From an uncultured bacterium (GTDB taxonomy: Bacteria > CAZSTA01), in the NCBI GenBank assembly GCA_964609495.1, contig CAZSTA010000007.1, positions 1-40,830 of the forward strand: a stretch of 40,830 nt of DNA, in the 5' to 3' direction. Below are positions 1 to 10,025 of the stretch, piece by piece; position 1 is the first letter of the stretch; each line of letters starts with the position of its first letter. Under the pieces are notes generated by a model, which had not been told where the DNA came from, did not search any database, and saw nothing but the letters and a program-made list of their open reading frames with translations. The position numbers were made by a program, and so were the translations under genes.

Positions 1-420
1 CTACCTTCGGCTCCAGAGCAGGATTTATCATTACTATCTGATTAGCAACAACTTCTACTTCTCTCTCCCAGTCAATATATCCTTTCTTAACTAGCTTCAG
101 CTTAATCTTTCCCACTGTTAAGCCATCTAGCTCAAGGGGAGTCTTGCCTTTCAATTCTTCATTCAAATATATCTCCGCTTCCGGGGGAGTTGATTCGATT
201 ATAAGGCTTCCTACCTTCGGCTCCAGAGCAGGATTTATCGTTACTATCTGATTAGCAACAACTTCCACTTCTCCTTCCCAGTCACTATATCCTTTCTTAA
301 CTATCTTCAGCTTAATCTTTCCCACTGCTAAGCTATCTAACTCAAGCGGAGTCTCGCCCTTTAGTTCCCCATCCAGATATATCTCCGCTTCCAGGGGAGT
401 TGATTTGATCATAATACTCC
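1..420. repeat. Tandem 210-bp repeat encoding PEGA domains
   Basis: 1-210 vs 211-420: about 24 mismatches in 210 nt by manual count, no indels. Confidence 0.9.
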
Positions 421-1579
421 CTACCTCTGGCTCCACAGGCCATCCTCTTCTGACTCTCAATCCCTCTTCTACCCTCACCTCTGGTAATATATCCTTCACT
501 AATTCAGCTACTGATCTAGATTCAAAAACTTCCGTAATTTTGAGCAACTTCGCTATCTCTCCTTCAGGAGTAACCACCTGATATTTATCCCCTTCCTTTA
601 CCCCATCATCTCTCCCTAGATCAAGCCCTATCCTCTCCTCAGGTAAAACCCTTATTATCCTCCCTTTAGCAACCTTCTCGGTGGAGATTATGATCACATC
701 TTCCTCTAACTTATTATTGTAGGTCGGCGTTTGCTTCTTCACCATACTGTCCTTTTTGTAATACTCGGGAACATACCTGAATACATAATTCTTGACTTCT
801 CCTATAGATATATCTCCATCCCAATCCCCTTCAGCATCTGCTCCTCCCTTCAGTGCCTCTACCAGATAATACCCAAATACTGTTCCACCTTCTCCATCAT
901 TAAATCTATGCGACTGCCAAGCTGGCTCATCATCCCTGCTGGCGCTCAATATGAAAGTCCCATCCTTCTCCAGATCGGAGACTGTCTCTCCAATCTCCTC
1001 CGGGGTCGCGGCCAACGCTCCACCTATGGGCAGGGATAGGCTCTGAGCGGCACCACCTGAATAACAGCTATTGATGAAGATAAGAATCTTCTTCGATCTT
1101 ATCTTGCGGAGCAAATAGCCAAAGATGTCATCAGGAATAGCCCTTATCGGATTATCCAAACTCATATCGTAAGTGGATAGATACTCATCATAGAGATCAT
1201 CAGGATCTCTAGCTTTCTCATCTCCATCGGCATCCAAAATAGGAAAACCATGTCCTCCATAGGAGATAATTACCAGATCGTCTTCCTTCGCTTTCTGAGC
1301 CAGCCATCCTTCCATTATCCTCTCGATGTTCTCCCTAGTCGCCTCCTCATTCAGCAAGAGCTTGATATTTCTATCAGGAATAAAGCCAGCTTTTCCCACC
1401 AGAATTTCATATAGAGCTTGGGCATCACTAGCACAGAAGGTAGGAGGGATGTTTTTATCCTGATACTTGGAGATACCGATTATCACCGCCCATCTGTCAG
1501 CGGCGAAAACGCTGTTAAGGAATGCTGACATTAATATTATAGTGATAGATATAATTAGAATAAATCTAAACTGTTTCAT
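1..1579 (-). CDS. Secreted caspase-like (peptidase C14) protein with PEGA repeats, 3'-partial (runs off the window)
   Basis: Hand translation from ATG 1579 (GGAGGTG RBS upstream): signal-like MKQFRFILIISITIILMSAFLNSVFA, then DRWAVIIGISKY, ATRENI, ISYGGHG (His), FINSCYSG (Cys), a GLDLGRDDGVKEGD beta domain and PEGA units (GSLIIESTPPEAEIYL...GKTPL). No stop before position 1; absent from the ORF track. Confidence 0.85.
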   Translation of the reverse strand, partial: MKQFRFILIISITIILMSAFLNSVFAADRWAVIIGISKYQDKNIPPTFCASDAQALYEILVGKAGFIPDRNIKLLLNEEATRENIERIMEGWLAQKAKEDDLVIISYGGHGFPILDADGDEKARDPDDLYDEYLSTYDMSLDNPIRAIPDDIFGYLLRKIRSKKILIFINSCYSGGAAQSLSLPIGGALAATPEEIGETVSDLEKDGTFILSASRDDEPAWQSHRFNDGEGGTVFGYYLVEALKGGADAEGDWDGDISIGEVKNYVFRYVPEYYKKDSMVKKQTPTYNNKLEEDVIIISTEKVAKGRIIRVLPEERIGLDLGRDDGVKEGDKYQVVTPEGEIAKLLKITEVFESRSVAELVKDILPEVRVEEGLRVRRGWPVEPEVGSIMIKSTPLEAEIYLDGELKGETPLELDSLAVGKIKLKIVKKGYSDWEGEVEVVANQIVTINPALEPKVGSLIIESTPPEAEIYLNEELKGKTPLELDGLTVGKIKLKLVKKGYIDWEREVEVVANQIVMINPALEPKV

Positions 1580-1664
1580 CTTTAGCACCTCCTACTACTT
1601 AACAGAACCTCTCTCTTTATCTTCTACTATCACCCAAAAAGGGACTCTTTGAGAATTTGTTTAA

Positions 1665-1702
1665 ATCACCCTCCCCTAACCCCTCCTATCAAGGGAGGGG
1701 AA
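1665..1702. repeat. REP-like palindrome just downstream of fur
   Basis: atcaccctcccctaacccctcctatcaagggaggggaa; 36/38 identical to the reverse complement of 16792-16829. Confidence 0.8.
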
Positions 1703-1708
1703 AACCAA

Positions 1709-2155
1709 CTAAGAGCTAGAAGCTGATTTTTTACGACAATTAGCGCAAAGCCCATACATCTCTAGCCTATGGCTTTTAACCAAGAAATCATTCTGTTCAG
1801 CTATCTGCCTCTGAAGTTGTTCGATCATAGGATTCTCGAATTCAATTATCTTTCCACAGGAGGTGCAGATTAAATGATCATGGTGGCCATGATCTACAGA
1901 ATGTTCATAGCGAGTCTGTCCTTCGCCAAACTTCCTCTTTTGAGCCAGTCCTGCCTTACAGAATAGATTAAGAGTGCGATATACAGTTGCTAGACTTACA
2001 GAAGGGGCAACCTCGCTCAACTTCTGATGTAATTCCTCTACGCTAATATGCCCTCCTGTAGCTAAAAATACCTCCAGAATTATCTCCCTTTGCTTAGTAT
2101 ATTTCATATTATTTCGAGAGATATAATCCTGAAGTATTTTTCTCTCCTTAATCAA
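1709..2155 (-). CDS. fur: Fur family transcriptional repressor
   Basis: TKQREIIL, HISVEEL, SLATVYRTL, HHDHLICTSCG, CANC motifs. Start moved to TTG 2155 (GGAAGGTGG RBS) because the ORF-track start lies upstream of the promoter. Confidence 0.9.
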   Translation of the reverse strand: MIKERKILQDYISRNNMKYTKQREIILEVFLATGGHISVEELHQKLSEVAPSVSLATVYRTLNLFCKAGLAQKRKFGEGQTRYEHSVDHGHHDHLICTSCGKIIEFENPMIEQLQRQIAEQNDFLVKSHRLEMYGLCANCRKKSASSS

Positions 2156-2195
2156 GATCCACCTTCCAAACGTTGATTTTCGCTCTTTGATTCTA

Positions 2196-2224
2196 ACTAT
2201 ATCATATTTCCTAAATTTTGTCAA
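2196..2224 (-). promoter_or_regulatory. Sigma70-type promoter for fur
   Basis: TTGACA-17 bp-TATAGT with TG extension. Confidence 0.75.
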
Positions 2225-2234
2225 TCGCAATCGG

Positions 2235-2263
2235 TTGACAAGCCTTATATTTTCTGTTACAAT
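2235..2263 (+). promoter_or_regulatory. Sigma70-type promoter for the glycosylation operon, back to back with the fur promoter
   Basis: TTGACA-17 bp-TACAAT with TG extension. Confidence 0.75.
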
Positions 2264-2358
2264 TCATCTTGGTTATCCCCCCTCAAAATTGGAAATTCGG
2301 TCGTTATGTAATGATAATAAATCCAAGACTCAATCATAAGGAGATAAATAAGCGACAA

Positions 2359-3348
2359 TTGGCAAATGATATAGATCTCTCCATAATCATCGTCAACTGG
2401 AATGCCAAAGATTGGCTATATAAAACTTTGACCTCCGTCTATAAATATACCAAGGATATCACCTTTGAGGTCCTCGTTATCGATAATAACTCCTCTGATG
2501 ACAGCGTGGAGATGATTCGCAAGGAGTTTCCCCAGATTCGTCTTATAACTAACAAGGACAATAAAGGTTACTCTAAAGCTAATAATCAGGGCATTAGGGA
2601 GAGCAAAGGAAGGTATATTATCCTCCTCAATCCTGATACCAAGCTTCTAGACAACGCTCTCAAAAGTATGATCGAGTTTATGGATAACCATAAAGAAGCT
2701 GGAGCTGTAGGCTGTTCGTTGCTGAATCCTGATATGAGTTGGCAATCCTCCTGTCGAGGATATCCCGATTTAGCTAAAGCTTTTCTGGAGAACACCCTAT
2801 CTGGGAAATTACTATCTCGCACCACAAGGGGAAGGGAGAAGTATATAGAACTTTGGAGGCCCGAAGATATCCACGAGGTTGAGGCAGTATCAGGAGCATG
2901 CCTACTCACGAGGAGAGAAGTGATCGAACAAGTCGGACTCCTGGATGAGAACATCTTTATGTTCTCGGAGGAGGTTGATTGGTGCTACAGAATAAGAAAA
3001 AGCGGCTGGAGGATATATTATCTCCCGTATATTCAGATAATCCACTATGGTGGTTATACCTATAGAAATATAAATGATAAGATGTTCGTCAAAGTATATC
3101 AGACCAAATATTATTTTCATCGCAAACACTTCGGCCCTCTATCAGCTTTTATATATAGACTGCTGAATATATACGGATTAAGCTTTAGAGTTATTAAGTG
3201 GCTTATAATCTATTTGAGCAGAAAATTGAGTGGTCAGAAGATAGACGGAACTATAAAACCCTATTGGACAGAGGGAGATATTAAGGGAGCCTCTAAGCAG
3301 GTGCTATATCTCCACTGGAAAGCTTTAAAGTGGCATCTCAAAATATGA
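2359..3348 (+). CDS. Glycosyltransferase family 2 (WbbL/rhamnosyltransferase-like)
   Basis: DLSIIIVNWN, VIDNNSSD, NKGYSKANNQG, LLNPD, VSGACLL, FMFSEEVDWC. Start uncertain (TTG 2359 or ATG 2311). Confidence 0.88.
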   Translation: MANDIDLSIIIVNWNAKDWLYKTLTSVYKYTKDITFEVLVIDNNSSDDSVEMIRKEFPQIRLITNKDNKGYSKANNQGIRESKGRYIILLNPDTKLLDNALKSMIEFMDNHKEAGAVGCSLLNPDMSWQSSCRGYPDLAKAFLENTLSGKLLSRTTRGREKYIELWRPEDIHEVEAVSGACLLTRREVIEQVGLLDENIFMFSEEVDWCYRIRKSGWRIYYLPYIQIIHYGGYTYRNINDKMFVKVYQTKYYFHRKHFGPLSAFIYRLLNIYGLSFRVIKWLIIYLSRKLSGQKIDGTIKPYWTEGDIKGASKQVLYLHWKALKWHLKI

Positions 3349-4535
3349 ACATTTTGTATCTAACTCCATATATACCATATCCTCCTTTCAGTGGGGGAAA
3401 AATACGAGTGTTTAACCTCCTCAAGAATCTAGTTAGAAATCACTCGGTTCATCTTCTATGTTTAGTGGAAAGGGAGAAAGAGCGAACTTTTATATCCTCT
3501 CTCAAGCAGGAATGTGGGGATAATCTGCGCGTATCAGCCGTCCTGAGTCCTCCTAAGAAATCGAAGCTAGATCGTTTATGGCGCGCCTTCTCCCATAAAT
3601 CTTATCGCTACGTCCGCTACTATTCTCCCGAGATGCAGAGATTGATAGATAAGGTATTGAGAGAAGAGCGATTCGATCTTGTCCAGGTGGAGCATTCCTA
3701 TATGGCGTATTATGATTTCAATACCGATATCCCCTTGATATTAGCTGAGCAGAATTTAGAGTTCGATATAGTTCATCAGATACTGCTTCGCGGGAGGGAT
3801 GCCCCTCGGCGTATCTATAGCCTCTGGGAATATTCCAAATTTAAGCGAGAAGAGATCGAGTTATGTCGCAAATTCACCAAATGCCTCGTGGTCTCGGAAG
3901 AGGATAAAGAAAGACTAACTCCTTTCGTATCGGCGGAGAGGATAGAAGTAGTGCCAAATGGAGTGGATACAGAGTTGTTTAAGCCGGCAAACTCAGGGGA
4001 TAAAAAGGGGATCCTCTACATTACAGGCCCCGCTGGTTATTATCCCAATGTTTGTTCAGCTCAATATTTCTGCGAGGAGATATACCCTCAGCTTACGAGA
4101 TATGTGCCTTATGAGAAGATAAACATCGTAGGGAGGGATCTACCTCGACCAATACAAAAATTAGGAGAGAGAGATGAGATAAATCTACTTGGCTTTGTAG
4201 AGGATATTAGAGAGCCTCTATCCTCCTGTGCAGTTACGATAGTGCCTCTATATATAGGTGGAGGGACTCACCTCAAGACTCTCGAGGCGATGGCGATGGG
4301 GACGCCAGTCGTATCCACTCACCTGGGAGGTGAGGGATTGGGAATAACCCCTGGAGAAGAGGCGATGATAACCGATGATCCAGAGGATTTCGCTCTACAG
4401 GTTAAGATGGTATTAGATGATAAAAAGTTGCAGGAGAAGCTGTCTATCAAAGGAAGAAAACTGGTTGAAGAGAAATATGATTGGAGAAAGATCACCGATG
4501 GCTTAGAAGGAGTCTATAAGAGGCTACTGAAATGA
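3345..4535 (+). CDS. Glycosyltransferase family 4
   Basis: PYPPFSGGKIR, VPNGVDTELF, GGGTHLKTLEAMAMGTPVVST; ATG 3345 overlaps the upstream TGA. Confidence 0.88.
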   Translation: MNILYLTPYIPYPPFSGGKIRVFNLLKNLVRNHSVHLLCLVEREKERTFISSLKQECGDNLRVSAVLSPPKKSKLDRLWRAFSHKSYRYVRYYSPEMQRLIDKVLREERFDLVQVEHSYMAYYDFNTDIPLILAEQNLEFDIVHQILLRGRDAPRRIYSLWEYSKFKREEIELCRKFTKCLVVSEEDKERLTPFVSAERIEVVPNGVDTELFKPANSGDKKGILYITGPAGYYPNVCSAQYFCEEIYPQLTRYVPYEKINIVGRDLPRPIQKLGERDEINLLGFVEDIREPLSSCAVTIVPLYIGGGTHLKTLEAMAMGTPVVSTHLGGEGLGITPGEEAMITDDPEDFALQVKMVLDDKKLQEKLSIKGRKLVEEKYDWRKITDGLEGVYKRLLK

Positions 4536-5023
4536 AAGATAAGATCAAATCTTTAACTGAGCTCAAAACAATAGTTGAAAAATCGCGAGAAGAGGGGAAA
4601 ATGATCGTCTTTACCAATGGCTGCTTTGATATCCTCCACACTGGACACATTCGATATTTGCGTGAAGCTAAGGCTTTAGGAGATATCCTAATCGTCGGTC
4701 TTAACAGCGATTCCTCAGTCAAATCTATAAAGGGGGATAATCGTCCTATAATCCCCGAAGATGAGCGAGCTGAGATGTTAGCCGCTCTGGAAGATATCGA
4801 TTACATAGTGATATTCTCCGAGGATACCCCCCTAAACCTCTTGTCCACCCTCGAACCTGATATTCTAGCTAAAGGTGGCGATTACAAGATAAACCAAGTG
4901 GTGGGAAGGGAATTAGTAGAAGCTTATGGCGGTAAAGTGATCGTTCTAGGAGAGGTTAAGAAATACTCCACCAGTGATATAATAGATAGGATCTTGGAAA
5001 GATATCGTCAAGGTTCATTATGA
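4532..5023 (+). CDS. rfaE2: D-glycero-beta-D-manno-heptose 1-phosphate adenylyltransferase (RfaE domain II)
   Basis: VFTNGCFDILHTGH, VGLNSDSSV, KGGDY, STSDII. Confidence 0.92.
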   Translation: MKDKIKSLTELKTIVEKSREEGKMIVFTNGCFDILHTGHIRYLREAKALGDILIVGLNSDSSVKSIKGDNRPIIPEDERAEMLAALEDIDYIVIFSEDTPLNLLSTLEPDILAKGGDYKINQVVGRELVEAYGGKVIVLGEVKKYSTSDIIDRILERYRQGSL

Positions 5024-7509
5024 AGGACAAGGTAAACAAGTGGTTCATTGGGAATAAGAGACTCGATCTGGCAATAATACTCATATTACTACTATTGCCC
5101 TTAATAACCTATAGAAAGTTAATTTTCACTTCTGGGACCATTTATTCTCACGATCTAGTCGGATTATACTACCCCCTCTTGATCTCAGGAACTAAGGCTC
5201 TAGGAGAAGGAATTATCCCCCTCTGGACTCCCTATATCTTCAGCGGTATGCCTTTAATAGGCGATATGCAGATGCTTATCTTCTATCCCCTGCGCATTCT
5301 ATCGCTCTTCTTTACCCTCCCCAAAGTGGTTAATTACAGTTTCCCTTTACACTGTTTCCTAGCAGGACTATTTATGTATCTCTATGTGAAGAAGATAACC
5401 GATAAGGGAAGCTCCTCCCAATCCCTCAATATCGGTAATAGCTTCAGCGCTCTTCTCGCTGGAGTAACCTTTATGTATGCGAGCATCTTCAGTTACCAGG
5501 TGACAATTCCGCCTCTTCTCTATAGCATCACTTGGACTCCCCTCCCCTTTCTGCTCCTAGAGATAGCCTTGGAGAAAAGAAAGTTTATATTTTATATTCT
5601 ACCAGGGGCGGCTTTAGCTCTACAATTTCTGGCAGGTTTCCCCGAAGTCAGTATGATAACTGGCTTCGCTTTCCTCGCTTATTTTATCTTCAAAATCGTT
5701 CCGCTCATCTCCGAAGAGGGTTTCAACTCCAAATCGCTCAAAGATATAGCCCTATTGATCATAGCCATAATGATCGGTTTATCCTTATCCTCTATACAAC
5801 TCCTCCCTACCATAGATTTAGCTAGAGTGTCATTAAGAAGTGCAGGAATAGATTATGCGGAGATAAGATATAATTCGCTTCCGCCTTATAAGATGCTTAA
5901 TCTTATCTTCTTTCATGTGATTCCTGCCTTTGGGATCGATGTGCATAACGGTTATATCGGAGTTCCTCCTATCATCTTAGGCTTAATAGCAATCTTTGTT
6001 AAACGGAATAGGTACTCCTGGTTCTTTCTCTTTCTAGCCCTATTCGGCATTATAATCTCTATGGGAAACAGAACCCCATTTTATATAGTATTAACCCGCC
6101 TCTTTCCTCCTATCAAGAGCTTTAGAACCTTCTTCAGAATGCTCTTCATCTATGCCTTCGCAGGATCCGTTCTAGCTGGATTGGGGGCAAGTTCCATCAA
6201 AGAGGGGGAGGAATCCTCTCCTCTACCCCTCCTATCTTTAAATAAGGGCGAGGAAAATAGAGAGAGAAGGATGAGAGTGATAGTTAAGATATTGATAATA
6301 GTCTGCTTAGCACTGCTAATAATCGCCCTGATAAGTAGTCTAGGAGAAGGGAAAACTATCCTTTATTTAGGCAGAAAAGCAGTAGATATCTTCTATGATA
6401 GATTGAAGAGAGGGGTTAATCCCAAGAGTTATTATCTGGAGATGATAGAAAGAGCTGTTCCTGTCCTCATAAGAAATATGTATTACTTGACCATCATCCT
6501 CTTGGCTAGTAGCATCGCTCTATTTCTCTATCTAAAAAAGAGGATAAATCCTGTAATCACAAAAATACTCCTCACCGCGATAATTTTATTTAATCTCTTC
6601 ACCTTGGGAGGGAGTATGCACAGCGTAAACGATGAGAGCGATTTCGCGAATGTCGAAAGGGTTTACTCCGCAGGTATTAAAGAGGAGCTAATTGATTTCC
6701 TAAGCCACAATTCCAAGCCATATTCAAGATTATATTTTGCCGATGCGATCTCCTTCCCTAATAGTAGTCTATCTCTAGGATTAAATAGCATCTGGGGAAT
6801 GAATCAGCTAGCCCTAAAAGATTACTATGAAGCTCTTGAGGGGAAGATAGACCGCACTTTCTACACCCCTCAGCTGTTAAATAGACTCGGATTAATGGAT
6901 CTGCTCAATATTGAATATATTATAACCGTCGTTGGCTCTCCCAATAATACCTATCTACATAGCCTCTTGGGAGATAGAATAGAATTGGCTTATAGCGATG
7001 GTGAAATAGAGGTATTTTCGAACAAGACAGCGCTACCCAAGGCTTTCATAGTTCCTCAAGCTAAGATCGTAGCGAGCGGTAAAGAGTCCCTAGATGAGAT
7101 AAATAGCGAAAGTTTCGATCCAAAGGAATATGTTGTCCTAGAGAGAACGGACAATAATCTAGGAGAAATTCCCAGTCAGTTAAGTAATACTGCTATATCC
7201 TCTCAAACTGAACTCTTATCCTATTCTCCTACTAAGATAGAGATAAAAGCTGATCTCAAGGAGAGCGGATTCCTAGTTTTGAGCGAGGTTTATCATCTTG
7301 GTTGGAGAGCTTATATAGATGAAGCTGAAGTGAATATCCTGAGAGCGAATCGCGTTCTAAGAGCGATCCATCTCAATAAGGGAGAGCATAAGATAGATTT
7401 CATATATGATCCGCCCTCTTATAGGGCTGGCGCATTTCTCACCTATTTGAGTCTAATGATTATTATCACCCTAGCTAGCTTTGAGATATTTAAGAGGTGG
7501 GCTAGATGA
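5020..7509 (+). CDS. YfhO-family polytopic membrane protein (GT-C type glycosyltransferase)
   Basis: PLWTPYIFSGMP..FYP, many TM segments, C-terminal GFLVLSEVYHLGWRAYID..ILRAN..L.KGEHKI.F.Y.P. Confidence 0.8.
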   Translation: MKDKVNKWFIGNKRLDLAIILILLLLPLITYRKLIFTSGTIYSHDLVGLYYPLLISGTKALGEGIIPLWTPYIFSGMPLIGDMQMLIFYPLRILSLFFTLPKVVNYSFPLHCFLAGLFMYLYVKKITDKGSSSQSLNIGNSFSALLAGVTFMYASIFSYQVTIPPLLYSITWTPLPFLLLEIALEKRKFIFYILPGAALALQFLAGFPEVSMITGFAFLAYFIFKIVPLISEEGFNSKSLKDIALLIIAIMIGLSLSSIQLLPTIDLARVSLRSAGIDYAEIRYNSLPPYKMLNLIFFHVIPAFGIDVHNGYIGVPPIILGLIAIFVKRNRYSWFFLFLALFGIIISMGNRTPFYIVLTRLFPPIKSFRTFFRMLFIYAFAGSVLAGLGASSIKEGEESSPLPLLSLNKGEENRERRMRVIVKILIIVCLALLIIALISSLGEGKTILYLGRKAVDIFYDRLKRGVNPKSYYLEMIERAVPVLIRNMYYLTIILLASSIALFLYLKKRINPVITKILLTAIILFNLFTLGGSMHSVNDESDFANVERVYSAGIKEELIDFLSHNSKPYSRLYFADAISFPNSSLSLGLNSIWGMNQLALKDYYEALEGKIDRTFYTPQLLNRLGLMDLLNIEYIITVVGSPNNTYLHSLLGDRIELAYSDGEIEVFSNKTALPKAFIVPQAKIVASGKESLDEINSESFDPKEYVVLERTDNNLGEIPSQLSNTAISSQTELLSYSPTKIEIKADLKESGFLVLSEVYHLGWRAYIDEAEVNILRANRVLRAIHLNKGEHKIDFIYDPPSYRAGAFLTYLSLMIIITLASFEIFKRWAR

Positions 7510-8999
7510 AAGTAACCTTTGTATATCCAGATGTTAGAGGAGAGTTGCGATTTAGGCGGAAGGGATATTACTATTGTGGAGTAGGATATCTCTCATCTGT
7601 ATTAAAGCAGGCCGGACATCAGACCTCCTTACTTCATATTCTGCATCAGATCGATAGAGAGGAGATTTTAGCTCTCATTAAGAGAGAAGATCCAGATCTG
7701 ATCGCTTTCTCCTCGACCACCAATATGTTCCCCTTTGTCGAGAAGTGGTCGAAGTGGATTAAAGAGAAGTTCCCCGAAATTCCAACTATATGTGGAGGAA
7801 TACACCCTACTCTCGATCCTTGTGGTTCTATAAGGGTCGAGGGATTAGATATGATCTCGCGGGGAGAAGGAGAGTCCGCCCTAGTTGAGCTATGTGAGAA
7901 ATTGGAGAGGGGAAAAGATATAACCGATATTCGCAATATCTGGATTAAAGCCGATGGTTCGATATATAAGAACGAATTGCGTCCCCTGATATCCGATTTG
8001 GACGCCCTTCCTTTCCCCGATAGGGAGATATTCGATATAGATAAACTGAATTGCCTAGGGAGCGGAAGGGCGATCTTTATGGCTTCTCGAGGTTGTCCGT
8101 ATGACTGTGGCTACTGTTGCAACCATGCTCTCAGAAAGCTATACAGTGAGGGCGCAAGTTCTCCTAAATCTTCTATGAAGTATGTTCGTTTCAGGAGCGT
8201 GGATAACATCATCACCGAGATCAAAGAGGTTCTGCAAAGATATCCCTTCGTCAATCTGATCACCTTCGATGATGATATCCTGCCCCTCAATAGAGTTTGG
8301 TTCAGGGAGTTTACCCGAAGATATAAGGAGGAGATCGATCTGCCTTGGGATTGCAATCTGAGGGCGAACTTGGTCGATGAGGAACTGATAGAACTACTGA
8401 AAGATTCTAAATGTCAGGAGATCCGAATCGGTCTGGAGAGCGGAGATGATTATATAAGGAATGAGATATTAAATCGCCATCTATCGCGGGAACAACTACT
8501 AAAATCCTTTCGCCTTTGTGAGGAGGCAGGGTTAAATACCGTTTCCTTTAATATGGTAGGATTGCCCTTCGAGGATATGTCCAACATCCTCGAGACGATC
8601 AAACTCAATGCTCTTATAAAACCTAATTGGAAGTTATCCGATCTCCGAGTTACAATCTTTTATCCCTATCAAGGGACTCGCCTATTTGAAATCTGCAAGG
8701 AAGAGGGCTTCTTAACGGATAAGGTGCTGACTAGCTATGTTGATGATACTAAGTTGGTATATGGCAAGCTAACTCGCAAACAGATCCTATTTGCGAGTCG
8801 CTATTTTCGTTTCCTAATCCTATTTTACGGCTTTCTTTACAGATTGCCAAAGCCATTATCAAAATTGGGGATAAAGATAACCGATGCGCTTTTCCGCTCA
8901 AAAGTGATGTCCAGTTTGACGCACGGATTTTTAATAGGATTATACGACCTCGCCTTCAAGACCTTTAACAAACTAAGAGCTATCAGAGGTGGGAAGTAG
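7506..8999 (+). CDS. B12-binding domain radical SAM protein
   Basis: N-terminal cobalamin domain (GGIHPT, RGEGE) and SRGCPYDCGYC motif. Confidence 0.9.
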   Translation: MKVTFVYPDVRGELRFRRKGYYYCGVGYLSSVLKQAGHQTSLLHILHQIDREEILALIKREDPDLIAFSSTTNMFPFVEKWSKWIKEKFPEIPTICGGIHPTLDPCGSIRVEGLDMISRGEGESALVELCEKLERGKDITDIRNIWIKADGSIYKNELRPLISDLDALPFPDREIFDIDKLNCLGSGRAIFMASRGCPYDCGYCCNHALRKLYSEGASSPKSSMKYVRFRSVDNIITEIKEVLQRYPFVNLITFDDDILPLNRVWFREFTRRYKEEIDLPWDCNLRANLVDEELIELLKDSKCQEIRIGLESGDDYIRNEILNRHLSREQLLKSFRLCEEAGLNTVSFNMVGLPFEDMSNILETIKLNALIKPNWKLSDLRVTIFYPYQGTRLFEICKEEGFLTDKVLTSYVDDTKLVYGKLTRKQILFASRYFRFLILFYGFLYRLPKPLSKLGIKITDALFRSKVMSSLTHGFLIGLYDLAFKTFNKLRAIRGGK

Positions 9000-9014
9000 C
9001 CCTTTCTTACTCAA

Positions 9015-10025
9015 TCAACATATCCTTGGTAATTGCTCTCCCACTAACATATCCACTATCCTAGTTCCTCCCACTTGGGTCCTCAGGAGAACCATCCCTC
9101 GCGGTTCGGATACCACTTCTCCTATTATCTCGGCATCTCGACCATACTTATTTTTCCTCATCTTAGCTAAGATAGGAAAAGCATCATCCTTATCAACTAT
9201 AGCCACCAATTTACCCTCATTAGCAAGATATAGGGGATCGTAGCCCAATAATTCACATACGCTCTTGACTTCATCCCTAATGAGAATCTTCTCCTCATTT
9301 ATAATCATCCCAATTTGAGATTGTAGGGCTATCTCGTTTAGGACACCAGCTAAACCTCCTCTTGTTGCATCCCTTAAACAATGGATATTTGAAGTTCCTT
9401 CGAGCATATCTTTGACCAGAGAATTAAGAGGAGCACAATCGCTATTAACATCAGTTTTTAATCCCAATCCCTCGCGCTGAGAGAGGATCGCTATCTCATG
9501 ATCACCTAAATACCCGCTCAGGATGATCTTATCCCCAGCCCTAGCATAAGAGGCTGATATATCAATCCCATCCTTTACTATCCCCACGCCCGAAGTATTG
9601 ATAAATAGCTTATCAGCGCTTCCCTTCTCTACCACCTTAGTATCTCCCGCGATGATATCGATCCCCGCCTCAGAGGAAGCGGATTTCATAGAAGCCACTA
9701 TCTTCTTTAACTCCTCTATAGAGAATCCCTCCTCGATAATAAAGGAGGAGCTTAAATAGAGGGGAATAGCTCCCCTCATAGATAGATCGTTTACGGTGCC
9801 ACATACCGCTAGACGTCCGATATCGCCACCGGGGAAGAATATAGGATTAACTACGAAGGAATCGGTCGTAAAGGCTAATCTACCTTTATCCGTCTCGAAA
9901 ACAGCTGCATCCTCAAAGCGATCCAACTTCGGGTTCGAGAATTGTTCGGCGAATACCTCTCGAATTAGGTCCCAAGCTAGCTTGCCACCGCCACCGTGAG
10001 CGAGTAATATCCTATCCCTTTTCAA
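9015..10025 (-). CDS. hypE: Hydrogenase maturation protein HypE
   Basis: LAHGGGG, FTTDSFVV.PIFFPGGDIG, GDTKVV, C-terminal LPRIC. Confidence 0.97.
   Translation of the reverse strand: MKRDRILLAHGGGGKLAWDLIREVFAEQFSNPKLDRFEDAAVFETDKGRLAFTTDSFVVNPIFFPGGDIGRLAVCGTVNDLSMRGAIPLYLSSSFIIEEGFSIEELKKIVASMKSASSEAGIDIIAGDTKVVEKGSADKLFINTSGVGIVKDGIDISASYARAGDKIILSGYLGDHEIAILSQREGLGLKTDVNSDCAPLNSLVKDMLEGTSNIHCLRDATRGGLAGVLNEIALQSQIGMIINEEKILIRDEVKSVCELLGYDPLYLANEGKLVAIVDKDDAFPILAKMRKNKYGRDAEIIGEVVSEPRGMVLLRTQVGGTRIVDMLVGEQLPRIC

Noticed and set aside
1-420. 210-bp repeats as a CRISPR array or DGR template/variable repeat
   Set aside because: In-frame PEGA domain duplication; mismatches are not adenine-specific, and there are no spacers or reverse transcriptase in view.
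731-1652. Plus-strand ORFs 731-1039 and 1467-1652
   Set aside because: Antisense shadows of the caspase/PEGA gene.
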